A DNA stretch of 64,000 nt from Gaiellaceae bacterium (GCA_035651295.1 DASRGA010000062.1:721-64720), one strand, 5' to 3'. Positions 24,606-34,656 are shown, counted from the stretch's first letter. Notes: generated from the letters alone by a model not told the origin. Program-made: numbers and translations.

Positions 24606-25114
24606 CGTTCGAACAGCGTAAGCCGGGCGGAACCGTAGCGGCGCGAGGTGCGGACCGTGAGCCCTTCGAGCTCGGGCGGCTCGAGCCGCCCGGAGCTCTC
24701 GTAGACGACGAGGCCGTCGTCGGCGAGCAGGTCGGCGAAGCGGATCGCCGCCGTGTCGAGGCCGTACGGCGGGTCGCAGAGGACGAGGTCGTAGCGCCGG
24801 CGCTCCTGCGCGACCGCCCTGAACGCGTCCTGGCAGAGGACCGTCGCATGCAGCCCGAGCGCGTCGAGGTTCGCGTTGATCGTCCGGCACGCGTCCCTGT
24901 CGTGCTCCACGAAGGTGCACGACGCGGCGCCGCGCGAGAGCGCCTCGAGGCCGAGCGCGCCCGAGCCGGCGAACAGGTCGAGCACGCTCGCGCCGTCGAC
25001 GGGGCCGATCAGGTTGAACGCGTTCTCCCGGACCCGGTCGGAGGTCGGACGGGTGAGGCGCCCCTTCGGCGCGGCGATGCGTCGGCCTCGATGCGAGCCC
25101 GCGATGATCCTCAC
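24602..25114 (-). CDS. rsmD: 16S rRNA (guanine966-N2)-methyltransferase
   Basis: RPTSDRVRE, DLFAGSGALGLEALSRGA and CDPPY. Confidence 0.9.
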   Translation of the reverse strand: MRIIAGSHRGRRIAAPKGRLTRPTSDRVRENAFNLIGPVDGASVLDLFAGSGALGLEALSRGAASCTFVEHDRDACRTINANLDALGLHATVLCQDAFRAVAQERRRYDLVLCDPPYGLDTAAIRFADLLADDGLVVYESSGRLEPPELEGLTVRTSRRYGSARLTLFER

Positions 25115-25118
25115 CGGC

Positions 25119-25844
25119 TCAGCCCAGCGCGAACGTGACGTTCACGACCGCGGTGACGTCCTTGCGAAGCGTCGACGTGTCGTACACGCCGTAGTCGCTC
25201 ACCTCGGTCGAGTTCGGCGAGGTCACCTGGAACACGCCGACGTCCACGCCGCGCAGCTTGCCGAGCTTGCCGCCCGTCGCCTCGAGCAGGACGCGACCGC
25301 GGTTCTGCGCGTCCCTGACCGCCTGCTCGAGCAGCTTCGGCCGCAGGTCGGCGAGGTGCGTGTAGACGTACTGCAGCGGCTGCGCCTGCAGCGGCACGCC
25401 GCCGGCGACGAGGCGCGAGCTCGCCTCCACCACGTCGGCGATCGCCTGGACGCGCGCCGAGCGCACCTCGAAGTTCCGCGTCACCTGATAGCCGGTGACG
25501 TTGCCCTGGTTGTCGGCGGTTGTGCTCGTCGACGCGGGCTGCACCGTCAGCTCCGACGCCTGCACACCCTCCGTGGCGAGGAACGCGCGCACCTTCGCCG
25601 TCCACCCGGCGAGCTGCTTGGCCGCCTCGGCGGCCGAGGTCTGCTGGCTGGAGACGCTGAGGTCCCAGATCGCGTAGTCGGAGGTGATGCGCTGCTTGGC
25701 CGAGCCGGTGACCGTGATGACGTTGCCGCCGCTCCCCCGGTCGCGGATGCCGCTCGCGATCGCGAACGACCCGACCACGACGGCGACCGCGAGCAGCGCG
25801 AGGCCGACGAGGAGCGGGACGCGTTCGCGCATGCCGCCGATCAT
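25119..25844 (-). CDS. SIMPL (DUF541) domain-containing membrane-anchored or secreted protein
   Basis: N-terminal TM/signal sequence LLVGLALLAVAVVVGSF and a SIMPL-like body (ITVTGSAKQRITSDYAIWDLSV...). The ATG at 25844 lies 1 nt after the recG stop. Confidence 0.7.
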   Translation of the reverse strand: MIGGMRERVPLLVGLALLAVAVVVGSFAIASGIRDRGSGGNVITVTGSAKQRITSDYAIWDLSVSSQQTSAAEAAKQLAGWTAKVRAFLATEGVQASELTVQPASTSTTADNQGNVTGYQVTRNFEVRSARVQAIADVVEASSRLVAGGVPLQAQPLQYVYTHLADLRPKLLEQAVRDAQNRGRVLLEATGGKLGKLRGVDVGVFQVTSPNSTEVSDYGVYDTSTLRKDVTAVVNVTFALG

Positions 25845-25845
25845 C

Positions 25846-27894
25846 TCAGGCGGACGGCTCGCCGTCAGCGAGCAGGCGGTCGGCCGCGTCCTGCCACGGG
25901 CCGTCCTCCTCGCGCAGCCCGTCGGCAAGCCGGCGGGCCTCCTCGATCAGGTCGCGATCGAGTCGGAGCCGCGTGAAGCGCAGGTCGCTCCACCCCGACT
26001 GGCGCGTGCCGAGCAGCGCGCCCTCGCGGCGCAGGTCCAGGTCGGCCTCGGCGAGCTCGAAGCCGTCGGTCGTGTCGACGAGCGCCTGCAGCCGCCGCTC
26101 GGCCGTCTCCGACAGCTCCTCGACCGGCCGCGAGACGAGCAGGCAGTAGCTCTGCTCGCTGCCGCGCCCGACGCGGCCGCGCAGCTGGTGCAGCTGCGCG
26201 AGCCCGAAGCGGTCGGCTTCCTGCACGATCATGATCGTCGCGTTCGGGACGTCGACGCCGACCTCGATCACGGTCGTCGCGACGAGCACGTCGAGCTCGT
26301 GCGCGGCGAACTGCCGCATCACCTCGCGCCGCTCGGCGGGCTTGAGCCGCCCGTGCAGCAGGCCCACGCGGTAGCCGGCGAGCTCGCCGCGCCGCAGGCG
26401 CTCGGCCTCCGCCTCGGCGGCGCGCGCGAGCCGGGTCTCGGACTGCTCGATCAGCGGGCAGACGACGTACGCCTGCCGGCCGGCGTCGAGGTGGACGCGC
26501 AGCCGCGAGTATGCGTCGCTCGAGCGCTCGGCGCCGACGCGCGCCGTGACGATCGGCTTGCGGCTCGCCGGCGGCTTCGCGATCTCGCTCACCGCGAGGT
26601 CGCCGTAGATCGTGAGCGCGAGCGTGCGCGGGATCGGCGTCGCCGTCATGTGCAGCACGTGCGGGCTCCGCCCCTCCGCGAGCGCGCGCCGCTGCTCGAC
26701 CCCGAACCGGTGCTGCTCGTCGACGACGGCGACCGCGAGGTCGCGGAACGCGACCTCGGGCTGGATCAACGCGTGCGTGCCGACGACGATCGGCGCCTCC
26801 ACGCTCCCCTTCACCGCCCCGGTGAGCAGCGCAACCTCGACGCCGAGCGGCGTGCACAGCGACTCCAGCGTCAGGAAGTGCTGCTCGGCCAGCGTCGCCG
26901 TCGGCGCCATCAGCGCGCCCTGGCGGCCGTTCTCGACGGCCCGCAGCAGCGCGTACAGCGCGACGACCGTCTTGCCGGAGCCGACGTCCCCCTGCAGAAG
27001 CCGCCGCATCGGCGTCGTCTGCGCAAGGTCGAGGTCGATCTCCATGATCGCGCGCTCCTGGTGCTCGGTGAGCGCGAAGGGCAGCACGGCGCGGTACCGC
27101 TCGATCAGCTCGCCGGGCAGGGCGAGCGACGGCGCCACGGCGTCGGTGCGCCGCAGCCGCCCGACGGCGAGCTGGAACGCGACGAGCTCGTCGAGCGCGA
27201 GCCGCCGCCGTGCCAGCTCCGCCTCGGCCTCGTCCGCCGGGAAGTGGAGCGCCGCGAGCGCGTCGCGGTGCAGCGGCAGCTCGAGCTCGGCGGGCAGCGG
27301 GTCGGGCAGGCTGCGCCCGTGCGCCGCGAGCGCCCCCCGGACGAGCTCGCGGAGCCTCGTCGAGGCGATCTGCTCTCCGGCCGGATAGACGGGCGCGAAG
27401 TTCGCGGTCGCGCGCGCCTCGCCGACGTCGTGGGAGCGCACGTCGAGCCCGAAGCGGCTCCGCCTGCCGCGCAGCCGGACCCGCGTTCCCGGACGCAGCC
27501 GGTCGGCGACCCACGGCTGGTTGAACCAGCTCGCGACGATCTCGCCCGACTCGTCGGCGACGAGCGCGCTCGTCTGCGTGCGCCTGCGGCCGAGCGGCCG
27601 GACGCGGATCGAGCGGACGACGCCGACCACGACGACGTCGTCGCCGAACGGCAGCTCGGCGATCGGCAGCTCGGCGGCCGCCGGCTCGTAGCGGCGCGGC
27701 GCGTGCAGCAAGAGGTCGCGCACCGTCTCGATGCCGAACGCGCGCAGCCGCTTCGCCATCGTGGGGCCGACGCCGGGCAGCGTCGAGACGTCGAGGCCGT
27801 CCAGCCGCTCCGCCGGCGCCCAGCCGCGCGGCCGCGGCCAGCCGTGCTGGACCACGCCGGCGAACCCCGCGTGCGCTCGGGTCAACGTTCCCAC
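25846..27894 (-). CDS. recG: ATP-dependent DNA helicase RecG
   Basis: Wedge domain, GDVGSGKT, DEQHRFG and QLHQLRGRVGRG. Confidence 0.93.
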   Translation of the reverse strand: MGTLTRAHAGFAGVVQHGWPRPRGWAPAERLDGLDVSTLPGVGPTMAKRLRAFGIETVRDLLLHAPRRYEPAAAELPIAELPFGDDVVVVGVVRSIRVRPLGRRRTQTSALVADESGEIVASWFNQPWVADRLRPGTRVRLRGRRSRFGLDVRSHDVGEARATANFAPVYPAGEQIASTRLRELVRGALAAHGRSLPDPLPAELELPLHRDALAALHFPADEAEAELARRRLALDELVAFQLAVGRLRRTDAVAPSLALPGELIERYRAVLPFALTEHQERAIMEIDLDLAQTTPMRRLLQGDVGSGKTVVALYALLRAVENGRQGALMAPTATLAEQHFLTLESLCTPLGVEVALLTGAVKGSVEAPIVVGTHALIQPEVAFRDLAVAVVDEQHRFGVEQRRALAEGRSPHVLHMTATPIPRTLALTIYGDLAVSEIAKPPASRKPIVTARVGAERSSDAYSRLRVHLDAGRQAYVVCPLIEQSETRLARAAEAEAERLRRGELAGYRVGLLHGRLKPAERREVMRQFAAHELDVLVATTVIEVGVDVPNATIMIVQEADRFGLAQLHQLRGRVGRGSEQSYCLLVSRPVEELSETAERRLQALVDTTDGFELAEADLDLRREGALLGTRQSGWSDLRFTRLRLDRDLIEEARRLADGLREEDGPWQDAADRLLADGEPSA

Positions 27895-27944
27895 CTCGGC
27901 CGGGAGCTTAGGACCCGGTCCGGACAGACTCGTAGGCTCCGACC

Positions 27945-28784
27945 GTGACGCTCGCCAGATACGAGTTCCGCGCGATGGGCACGACCTTCGAGCTCCTGCT
28001 CGAAGGCGAGCCGGGAGCGGCGTTCGCCGAGGTCGAGGCCGGCGTCGCGCGCCTCGAGCAGATGCTGACGCGCTTCCGCCCCGACTCCGAGCTCTCGCGG
28101 CTGAACGCGCGCGGCGCGCTCGACGCGTCGCCGGAGCTCGCCGAGGTGGCCGAGCTCTCGCTCGCGGCGCGCCTGCGCACCGGGGGGCGGTTCGACCCGA
28201 CGGTGCACGACGCGATCCTCGCCGCCGGCTACGACCGGACGTTCGCCGAGCTGCCCGCGGACGGGCCGCCGGCCGGCCCGGCCGCGCCCGGCGGCGGCGG
28301 GTTCCGCGTCGAGGGGCGGCGGATCGTCCTCGAGCCCGGCGTGCGGCTCGACTTCGGCGGGATCGGCAAGGGCTTCGCCGCCGAGCGGGCGGCGGAGCGC
28401 CTCGCGCTGCTCGGCCCGTGCCTCGTCAGCGCGGGCGGCGACGTGGCGGTGCGGGGCGTTCCGGCCAAGGGGTTCTGGGCGGTCGCCGTCGAGGACGGGC
28501 CCACACTTGCCCTGACCGCCGGCGGCCTCGCCACCTCCGGCTCCGACCGGCGGCGCTGGCTGCGCGCCGGTCGCGAGCAGCACCACCTGATCGACCCCGC
28601 GACCGGCCTGCCGGCGCGAAGCGACCTGCTGCGCGTGACCGCGATCGGCAGCGACGCGGTCGACGCCGAGGTGCTGGCGAAGTGGCTGTATCTCGGCGGG
28701 CGGGCCGAGGCCGAGCAGGCGGGCGTCCCGGCCGTGCTCGTCACGGCGGCCGGCGAGACCCTGCTCGTGGGCGGGATCGCCTAG
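27945..28784 (+). CDS. apbE: FAD:protein FMN transferase (ApbE family)
   Basis: MGTTFELL, FRPDSELSRLN, DFGGIGKGFA and HHLIDPATG. Confidence 0.85.
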   Translation: MTLARYEFRAMGTTFELLLEGEPGAAFAEVEAGVARLEQMLTRFRPDSELSRLNARGALDASPELAEVAELSLAARLRTGGRFDPTVHDAILAAGYDRTFAELPADGPPAGPAAPGGGGFRVEGRRIVLEPGVRLDFGGIGKGFAAERAAERLALLGPCLVSAGGDVAVRGVPAKGFWAVAVEDGPTLALTAGGLATSGSDRRRWLRAGREQHHLIDPATGLPARSDLLRVTAIGSDAVDAEVLAKWLYLGGRAEAEQAGVPAVLVTAAGETLLVGGIA

Positions 28785-29647
28785 AACTCGTCCTCGTACC
28801 AGAAGAACCCGACCGTACCCGGCCCGGCGTGGGTGCCGATCACGGCGCCGAGCTGCGTCGCCACCTCGATCTGCGCGTGCGGCCGCGAGTGCTCGACGAG
28901 CGCGCGCAGCGCCTCGAGCCGCTCCGGCGCGGCGGCGTGCGCGATGCCCACCTTCAGGGCCGGCGTATCCGTCGAGGACGACTCGAACAGCTCGCGGAAC
29001 TCGGCGAACGCCTTCGCGTTCCCGCGCACCTTCTTCAGCGGCACGACCTCGCCGTCCGAGATCGTCAGGATCGGCTTCACGTTCAGCAGGTTCCCGGCGA
29101 GCGCCGCCGCCCGCCCGATGCGCCCGCCGCGCGCGAGGTACTCGAGCGTCGAGACCGTGAACAGCAGGTGGTGGCTCTCGCCGTAGCGCGCGACGAACGC
29201 GTCGATCTCCTCGTCGGTCGTCCCGGCCTCGAGCCGGCGGCGCACGCCGAGCGCGAGCATCGCGATCGACGCCGCCACGGTGCGCGTGTCGATCACGCGC
29301 ACGCGGTCGCCGCCGAGGAGCCCGGCCGCGGTCTGGGCGCTCGCGTAGGTGCCGGAGAGCGTCGAGGAGAGCTGCAGCGACAGGATGCGCTCGTAGCGCG
29401 GCGCGAGCTCCTCGTAGACCGCGAGGAAGTCGGCCGGCGTCGGCTGCGACGTCGCGGGCGAGACCGGCGAGCTCTCGAGCCGCGCGTAGAACTCCTCCGG
29501 GCCGATGTCGACGTAGTCGCGGAGCGACTCGTCGCCGAAGCGGACGTAGAGCGGGACGACCCGGAAGTTCGGATAGCGCTGCGGCGCCTCGGCGAAGTCG
29601 GAGGCCGAGTCGAGCACGATCGCCGTGTTCTCCGAGGTCAGCTTCAC
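28781..29647 (-). CDS. DegV family fatty-acid-binding protein (FakB-like)
   Basis: AIVLDSASDF, TSQPTPADF, LSSTLSGTY and RGGRIG. The GTG at 29647 overlaps the receiver-domain TGA (GTGA). Confidence 0.85.
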   Translation of the reverse strand: MKLTSENTAIVLDSASDFAEAPQRYPNFRVVPLYVRFGDESLRDYVDIGPEEFYARLESSPVSPATSQPTPADFLAVYEELAPRYERILSLQLSSTLSGTYASAQTAAGLLGGDRVRVIDTRTVAASIAMLALGVRRRLEAGTTDEEIDAFVARYGESHHLLFTVSTLEYLARGGRIGRAAALAGNLLNVKPILTISDGEVVPLKKVRGNAKAFAEFRELFESSSTDTPALKVGIAHAAAPERLEALRALVEHSRPHAQIEVATQLGAVIGTHAGPGTVGFFWYEDEF

Positions 29648-30015
29648 GTTCGGCCAGCGTCGCAGACGACCCCGACGAGACGGTCGAAGTCCTCGTCCTT
29701 CGTCACGCACGCGACGGCGCCGGCCGCGAGCACCTCGTCGCGCTCCTGGTCGGTGACGGACGCCGTCAGCAGCACGACGCGCGCGGTCGGACACGCGGCG
29801 AGCACGGCCCTGGTCGCGTCGGCGCCGTTCAGGCCCGGCATGCGGTAGTCCATCAGCACGACGTCCGGCGCGAGCTCGGCGCACACCGCCGGCGCCTCGT
29901 CGCCGCTCCCGACAGCGCCGATCACCTCGAGCTCGTCGCGCAGGCCGAAGAGGAGCGTGAGCGTCTCCCGGAACGTGTCGTTGTCCTCGACGAGGACGAC
30001 CCGCACGGGCGCCAT
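29644..30015 (-). CDS. stand-alone response-regulator receiver (REC) domain protein, no output domain
   Basis: 123 aa. VLVEDN acidic pocket, phospho-acceptor in VVLMDYRMPGLNG, LLTAS Thr and VTKD Lys. The ATG overlaps the upstream TAA (TAATG). Confidence 0.8.
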   Translation of the reverse strand: MAPVRVVLVEDNDTFRETLTLLFGLRDELEVIGAVGSGDEAPAVCAELAPDVVLMDYRMPGLNGADATRAVLAACPTARVVLLTASVTDQERDEVLAAGAVACVTKDEDFDRLVGVVCDAGRT

Positions 30016-31553
30016 TACTCGGCGGCCACGAGCAGCTGGTAGTGGGGCTGGCCGCCGACGTGCACGTCGAGCTCGAGCTCGGGATGCTCGCCGCGCAGGT
30101 ACGCGAGCACGCCGTCGAGCTCCGGGGCGCCGTCGCCGGCGAGCAGCGTGACGACGCCGCGCGGCTCGGCGAGCAGGCGTTCCAGCACCTGCCGGGCGAC
30201 CTCGTCGAACGTGTCGCCGCCCGCGACCGGCTCGCCGTCCTGCAGTCCGAGCCACGCACCCGAGGGGACGGCCACGCCGTTCAGCTGGACGTCGCGGCTC
30301 GCCACGGTGACGGCGCCGGTCGCGACCGCGTCGACCGCGTCGCTCATCTCGGCCAGGTTGTCGTCGGCGCTGCGCGACGCGTCGAACGCGACGAGCGCGG
30401 CGAGGCCCGCCTGCAGCGACCGCGTCGGCAGCACGTGCACGTCCTTCGCCGAGTTCGCAGCCGCCTGCTCGGCGGCCATGATCACGTTGGCGTTGTTCGG
30501 CAGGACGATCACGGCGCGGGCGGGCGCCGACTCGATGGCGGCGAGCAGGTCGGCGGTCGCCGGGTTCATCGTCGCGTTGCCGTCGACGACCGTCGCGCCG
30601 AGGCTCTCGAACAGGGCGTGGTTGCCGCGGCCGGAGGACACGGCGACGGCGGCCGTCGCGGCGGCGTCCGGCACGGGCCGCAGGAGCCGCGCTTCCCGCT
30701 CCCGGGTCTGCTCGTGCATGTCGGCGATCTCCACGCCGGCGATCGAGCCGCGCGCGACGCCCAGCGAGAGCGCCCGGCCGGGGTCGTCGGTGTGCACGTG
30801 CACCTTGAGGGCGCTGCGGTCGCCGACGACGAGCAGCGAGTCGCCGAGCTCGGCGAGCCGGTCCTCGAGCTCGCCGACGTCGAGCTCCTCGCCCTCGACG
30901 ACGAACACGGTGCAGTAGCGGTAGCGCGACAGCTCCTGGTGGATCGCCTCGACGCCCACCTGCTCCGTCTCGGGCGGCGGCTCGGGCAGACGCTCGCCGG
31001 TGAGGACGCCGGCGATGCCGCGCACGATCTCCATCAGCCCGGCGCCGCCCGCGTCGACCACACCCGCCTCGCGCAGCACCGGCAGCATCTCCTTCGTGCG
31101 CGCCACGGTGTCGTCGCCGCGCGCGACGATCGCCCCGAGCTCGGCGCCGTGCTCGGCCGCGTCGGCGAGCGAGCGGACGACGGTCAGCATCGTCCCCTCG
31201 ACGGGCTTCTTGACTGCGCGGTAGGCGGCGTCGCTCGCGGCGCGGAAGACGCGGGCGAGGTCGTCGGTCTCGACGAGCGCGTCGGTGGCCCCGCGGACGA
31301 TCTGGGAGAGGATCACGCCCGAGTTGCCGCGCGCCCCCATCAACGCGGCGCGGCTCACCTCCTTCGCCAGCCCCGCCCGGTCGTCGGGCCCGTCCTTCCG
31401 CAGCGCGTCGGCGACGGCGCGCACGGTGAGCGTGAGGTTCGTGCCGGTGTCGCCGTCCGGCACCGGGTAGACGTTCAGGTCGTCGATGCGGCTCCGGTGC
31501 GCCTCGATCGAGGCGCGGGCGCCCTCCACGAGCTCGAGCACGCGGGCACGCAT
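30015..31553 (-). CDS. DAK2-domain fusion protein YloV (fatty acid kinase FakA-like)
   Basis: LNVYPVPDGDTGTNL Dak2 motif, and a C-terminal DegV-like/EDD fold region. Confidence 0.88.
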   Translation of the reverse strand: MRARVLELVEGARASIEAHRSRIDDLNVYPVPDGDTGTNLTLTVRAVADALRKDGPDDRAGLAKEVSRAALMGARGNSGVILSQIVRGATDALVETDDLARVFRAASDAAYRAVKKPVEGTMLTVVRSLADAAEHGAELGAIVARGDDTVARTKEMLPVLREAGVVDAGGAGLMEIVRGIAGVLTGERLPEPPPETEQVGVEAIHQELSRYRYCTVFVVEGEELDVGELEDRLAELGDSLLVVGDRSALKVHVHTDDPGRALSLGVARGSIAGVEIADMHEQTREREARLLRPVPDAAATAAVAVSSGRGNHALFESLGATVVDGNATMNPATADLLAAIESAPARAVIVLPNNANVIMAAEQAAANSAKDVHVLPTRSLQAGLAALVAFDASRSADDNLAEMSDAVDAVATGAVTVASRDVQLNGVAVPSGAWLGLQDGEPVAGGDTFDEVARQVLERLLAEPRGVVTLLAGDGAPELDGVLAYLRGEHPELELDVHVGGQPHYQLLVAAE

Positions 31554-31560
31554 CGGGCCT

Positions 31561-31899
31561 CTAGCTCTCCCTGACCCGCTGGATGACGACCTCGACGGCC
31601 GCGACGTGGAAGCCGGTGAGCCGCTCGACCTCGTAGGCGACCTGGGAGCGCACCGTCGCCGCCACCTCGGCGAGGTTGAGGCCGTGCTCGACGACGACGT
31701 GCAGCTCGATGCGGAGGCCCTGCGCCGGCCCCTCGACCTCGATCCCCTCGCGCCGGAACACGCGCTTGACCCGCGAGCCGGCGGTGAGCCCGACGACGCC
31801 GTAGCAGCCGAGCGCGGTCTCGGCGACGATCTCGGCGACCGCCTCGCGCGTGACGGTGAGGCGGCCGAGCTCCAGGTCGACGGTCAGATCCTCGGGCAC
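31561..31899 (-). CDS. Asp23/Gls24 family envelope stress protein (YloU-like)
   Basis: AVAEIVAETALGCYGVVGL ... VEVVIQRV. Confidence 0.85.
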   Translation of the reverse strand: MPEDLTVDLELGRLTVTREAVAEIVAETALGCYGVVGLTAGSRVKRVFRREGIEVEGPAQGLRIELHVVVEHGLNLAEVAATVRSQVAYEVERLTGFHVAAVEVVIQRVRES

Positions 31900-31939
31900 G
31901 GCCAGACCTTAGACCACGGGCGGAGCGGCGCCGGTTGCA

Positions 31940-31968
31940 GGCCCGGCCGACGGGGCGGCGGCCGGGCC
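31940..31968 (-). terminator. GC hairpin (10-bp stem) immediately after the rpmB stop; candidate terminator or attenuator
   Basis: GGCCCGGCCG-ACGGGGCGG-CGGCCGGGCC. No U tract. Confidence 0.35.
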
Positions 31969-31971
31969 GCC

Positions 31972-32163
31972 CTAGACGGCCTTCGTGACCTTGCCGCTCT
32001 TCAGGCAGCGCGTGCAGACGTACGCGCGCGTCGGCGAGCCGTGGAGCAGGATCCGCAGGCGCTGCAGGTTCGGGTCGAAGCGCCGCCGCGTCGCCACCAT
32101 CGAGTGCGAGCGGTGGTTTCCGAACGCGGGCTTCTTGCCGCAGATTGCGCAGACCTTGCTCAT
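31972..32163 (-). CDS. rpmB: 50S ribosomal protein L28
   Basis: [37 protein letters not shown] at 32163. Confidence 0.95.
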   Translation of the reverse strand: MSKVCAICGKKPAFGNHRSHSMVATRRRFDPNLQRLRILLHGSPTRAYVCTRCLKSGKVTKAV

Positions 32164-32189
32164 CGCGGCCGGGAGTGTAGCGGTTCGCG

Positions 32190-32828
32190 CTACCCGGCCG
32201 AGGCGCGCAGGCGGGCGAACAGGTCGGCCATCTCGAGCGCCGACCGGGCCGCCTCGGCCGCCTTGTCGATCCGCGCCTCCGCCTGCTCGACGTTCTCCAC
32301 GGTGAGCACCCCGAAGGCGACGGGCACCCCCGTCTCGATGCCGGCGAGCTGCAGCCCCGAGGCGCATTCGGAGGCGACGTACTCGAAGTGAGGGGTCTCG
32401 CCGCGCACGACGGCGCCGAGCGCGACGATGCAGGCGTAGCGCCGCGTCTTCGCGAGCGCCATCGCCGCCAGCGGCAGCTCGAACGCCCCCGGCACGGGCA
32501 CGACGGTGATCGCGTCCTGCGACACGCCCGCCGCGGTCAGCGCGTCGAGCGCGGAGGCGAGCATCCGGTTCGTGACGCCGCCGTTGAAGCGCGAGACGAC
32601 GACGCCGACGGAGCGGCGGCTGCCGAGCGGCGACCCCTCGAGCGTCGCGTAGCCGTCCGGCACCTCGACCTCGCCCCTGACGTGCTCGACGCTGACGCCG
32701 TCCGGCGGCGCCTCCTCGATCACACCCGCCGACTCGGCTGCGGGCCAGCTCTCGAACGGGTCGCCGACGGACTCGCCGGACGGATCGGTGTCGTCTTCGG
32801 GCGGCTTGACGGTCTCGTCGTCGATCAC
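32190..32828 (-). CDS. ribH: 6,7-dimethyl-8-ribityllumazine synthase with an acidic N-terminal extension of about 55 aa
   Basis: Core [21 protein letters not shown] and [10 protein letters not shown]. The GTG at 32828 overlaps the ribBA stop (GTGA). An internal GTG at 32663 would give a canonical 157-aa protein. Confidence 0.85.
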   Translation of the reverse strand: MIDDETVKPPEDDTDPSGESVGDPFESWPAAESAGVIEEAPPDGVSVEHVRGEVEVPDGYATLEGSPLGSRRSVGVVVSRFNGGVTNRMLASALDALTAAGVSQDAITVVPVPGAFELPLAAMALAKTRRYACIVALGAVVRGETPHFEYVASECASGLQLAGIETGVPVAFGVLTVENVEQAEARIDKAAEAARSALEMADLFARLRASAG

Positions 32829-34075
32829 TCGTCCTCCGGGTCGTAGTCGAGGTTCTTCAGGTCCTGGTGGTGCAGCCGGTGCCCGAGCTTATCCCGCTTG
32901 GTGGCCAGATACCGGGTGTTCTCCGGGTGCGGCGGCACCTCGATCGGCACCTGCTCGACGACGGTCAGGCCGAAGCCGTCGATGCCGGTCAGCTTCTTCG
33001 GGTTGTTCGTGAGGATGCGGATCGTGGTCAGGCCGAGGTCGGCGAGGATCTGGTTGCCGATGCCGTAGTCGCGCGCGTCGGCCGGGAAGCCGAGCTCGAG
33101 GTTCGCCTCGACCGTGTCGCGCCCCTGCTCCTGCAGCTCGTACGCGCGGAGCTTGTTCAGGAGGCCGATGCCGCGGCCCTCCTGCGCCATGTAGAGGAGG
33201 ACGCCCACTCCCTCCGCCTCGATCTGCGCGAGCGCCTGCTCGAGCTGCTCGCCGCAGTCGCAGCGCAGCGAATGGAACACGTCGCCGGTGAGGCATTCGG
33301 AGTGCACGCGGACGAGCACGTCCTTCGCCCCGTCGACGTGCCCCTTCACGAGCGCGACGTGCGTCTTGCCGGTCAGCTTCTCGCGGAAGGCGACCGCGGT
33401 GAACTCGCCGAAGTCGGTCGGGAGCTGGACCGACGCGCCCCGCTCGACGAGCTTCTCGTGCCGGCGCCGGTACTCGACGAGGTCGGCGACCGTGATCATC
33501 TTCAGGCCGTGCCGCTCGCAGTACGGCACGAGGTCGGGCACGCGCGCCATCGTGCCGTCGTCGTTCATGATCTCGCAGACGACGCCCGACGGGTTCAGCC
33601 CGGCGAGGCGCGCGAGGTCGACGGCGGCCTCCGTCTGGCCGATGCGCTCGAGCACGCCGCCCGGCTTGGCGCGCAGCGGGAAGACGTGCCCGGGCTGGAC
33701 GAGGTCGAGCGGCGTCGAGTCAGGATGGATCGCGACCTGGATCGTGCGGCTGCGGTCGGCGGCCGAGATGCCGGTCGTGACGCCCTCGCGCGCCTCGATC
33801 GAGACGGTGAACGCCGTGCCGAGCGGCGCCTCGTTGCGCTCGGTCATCGGCCGCAGCCCGAGCTCGTCGGCGCGCTCCTCCGTCAGGCACAGGCAGATGA
33901 GCCCGCGGGCGTGCGTCGCCATGAAGTTGATCGCCTCGGGGGTCGCGAACTGCGCGGCGATCGTCAGGTCGCCCTCGTTCTCGCGGTCGGGGTCGTCGAC
34001 GACCACCACCATCCGCCCCTCGCGGACGTCCTCGATCGCCTCCTCGACCGTCGCGAACGGGGTGGTGACGCTCAC
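32825..34075 (-). CDS. ribBA: bifunctional 3,4-dihydroxy-2-butanone-4-phosphate synthase / GTP cyclohydrolase II
   Basis: [11 protein letters not shown] and the [18 protein letters not shown] zinc site. Confidence 0.93.
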   Translation of the reverse strand: MSVTTPFATVEEAIEDVREGRMVVVVDDPDRENEGDLTIAAQFATPEAINFMATHARGLICLCLTEERADELGLRPMTERNEAPLGTAFTVSIEAREGVTTGISAADRSRTIQVAIHPDSTPLDLVQPGHVFPLRAKPGGVLERIGQTEAAVDLARLAGLNPSGVVCEIMNDDGTMARVPDLVPYCERHGLKMITVADLVEYRRRHEKLVERGASVQLPTDFGEFTAVAFREKLTGKTHVALVKGHVDGAKDVLVRVHSECLTGDVFHSLRCDCGEQLEQALAQIEAEGVGVLLYMAQEGRGIGLLNKLRAYELQEQGRDTVEANLELGFPADARDYGIGNQILADLGLTTIRILTNNPKKLTGIDGFGLTVVEQVPIEVPPHPENTRYLATKRDKLGHRLHHQDLKNLDYDPEDE

Positions 34076-34085
34076 AGCGACCAGG

Positions 34086-34652
34086 CTAGCGTGCGACCAG
34101 CTTCTCGACGTACTTGGCGAGCACGTCGACCTCGACGTTCACGCGCCGGCCGGGTGCGAGCGTGCCGAGCGTGGTCGCCGCGAGCGTGTGCGGGATCAGC
34201 GCGGCCTCGAAGCCGCCGCCGTCGACGGCGGCGACCGTCAGGCTCGTCCCCTGCACGGCGACCGAGCCCTTCTCCACGACGTACCGCAGCAGGTCGGGGG
34301 GCGCCGCGAAGCGCAGGCGCCTGCCGTCCCCCTCGGGCGTGACGGCGGCGACGGTCGCGACGCCGTCGACGTGCCCCTGCACGATGTGGCCGCCGAGCGC
34401 GTCGCCCGCCCGGAGCGCGGGCTCGAGGTTCACCGGCGAGCCGGCCGCGAGCTCGCCGAGCGCGGTGCGCGCGAGCGTCTCCGGCACCACGTCGAACGAG
34501 AGCGCGCCGGCGGCGGCGTCGACGACCGTCAGGCAGACGCCGTCGACTGCGACCGAGTCGCCCACCCTCGCGGCGAGCGCGGTCTCGACGACGAGCCTTC
34601 CGTGCGCCAGCGACCGCACCGATCCGACCTCCCGGACGAGCCCGGTGAACAC
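34086..34652 (-). CDS. ribE: riboflavin synthase alpha chain
   Basis: GTG at 34652 gives (M)FTGLVREVG. Internal repeat [13 protein letters not shown] / [12 protein letters not shown]. Confidence 0.88.
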   Translation of the reverse strand: MFTGLVREVGSVRSLAHGRLVVETALAARVGDSVAVDGVCLTVVDAAAGALSFDVVPETLARTALGELAAGSPVNLEPALRAGDALGGHIVQGHVDGVATVAAVTPEGDGRRLRFAAPPDLLRYVVEKGSVAVQGTSLTVAAVDGGGFEAALIPHTLAATTLGTLAPGRRVNVEVDVLAKYVEKLVAR

Positions 34653-34656
34653 GGAT

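Noticed and set aside
28781-28784. Convergent gene pairs that share a CTAG tetranucleotide as both stop codons (degV/apbE at 28781-28784, and metK/dtxR-family at 44064-44067).
   Set aside because: This is a curiosity of compact convergent genes ending in TAG. Two cases do not support any regulatory meaning.
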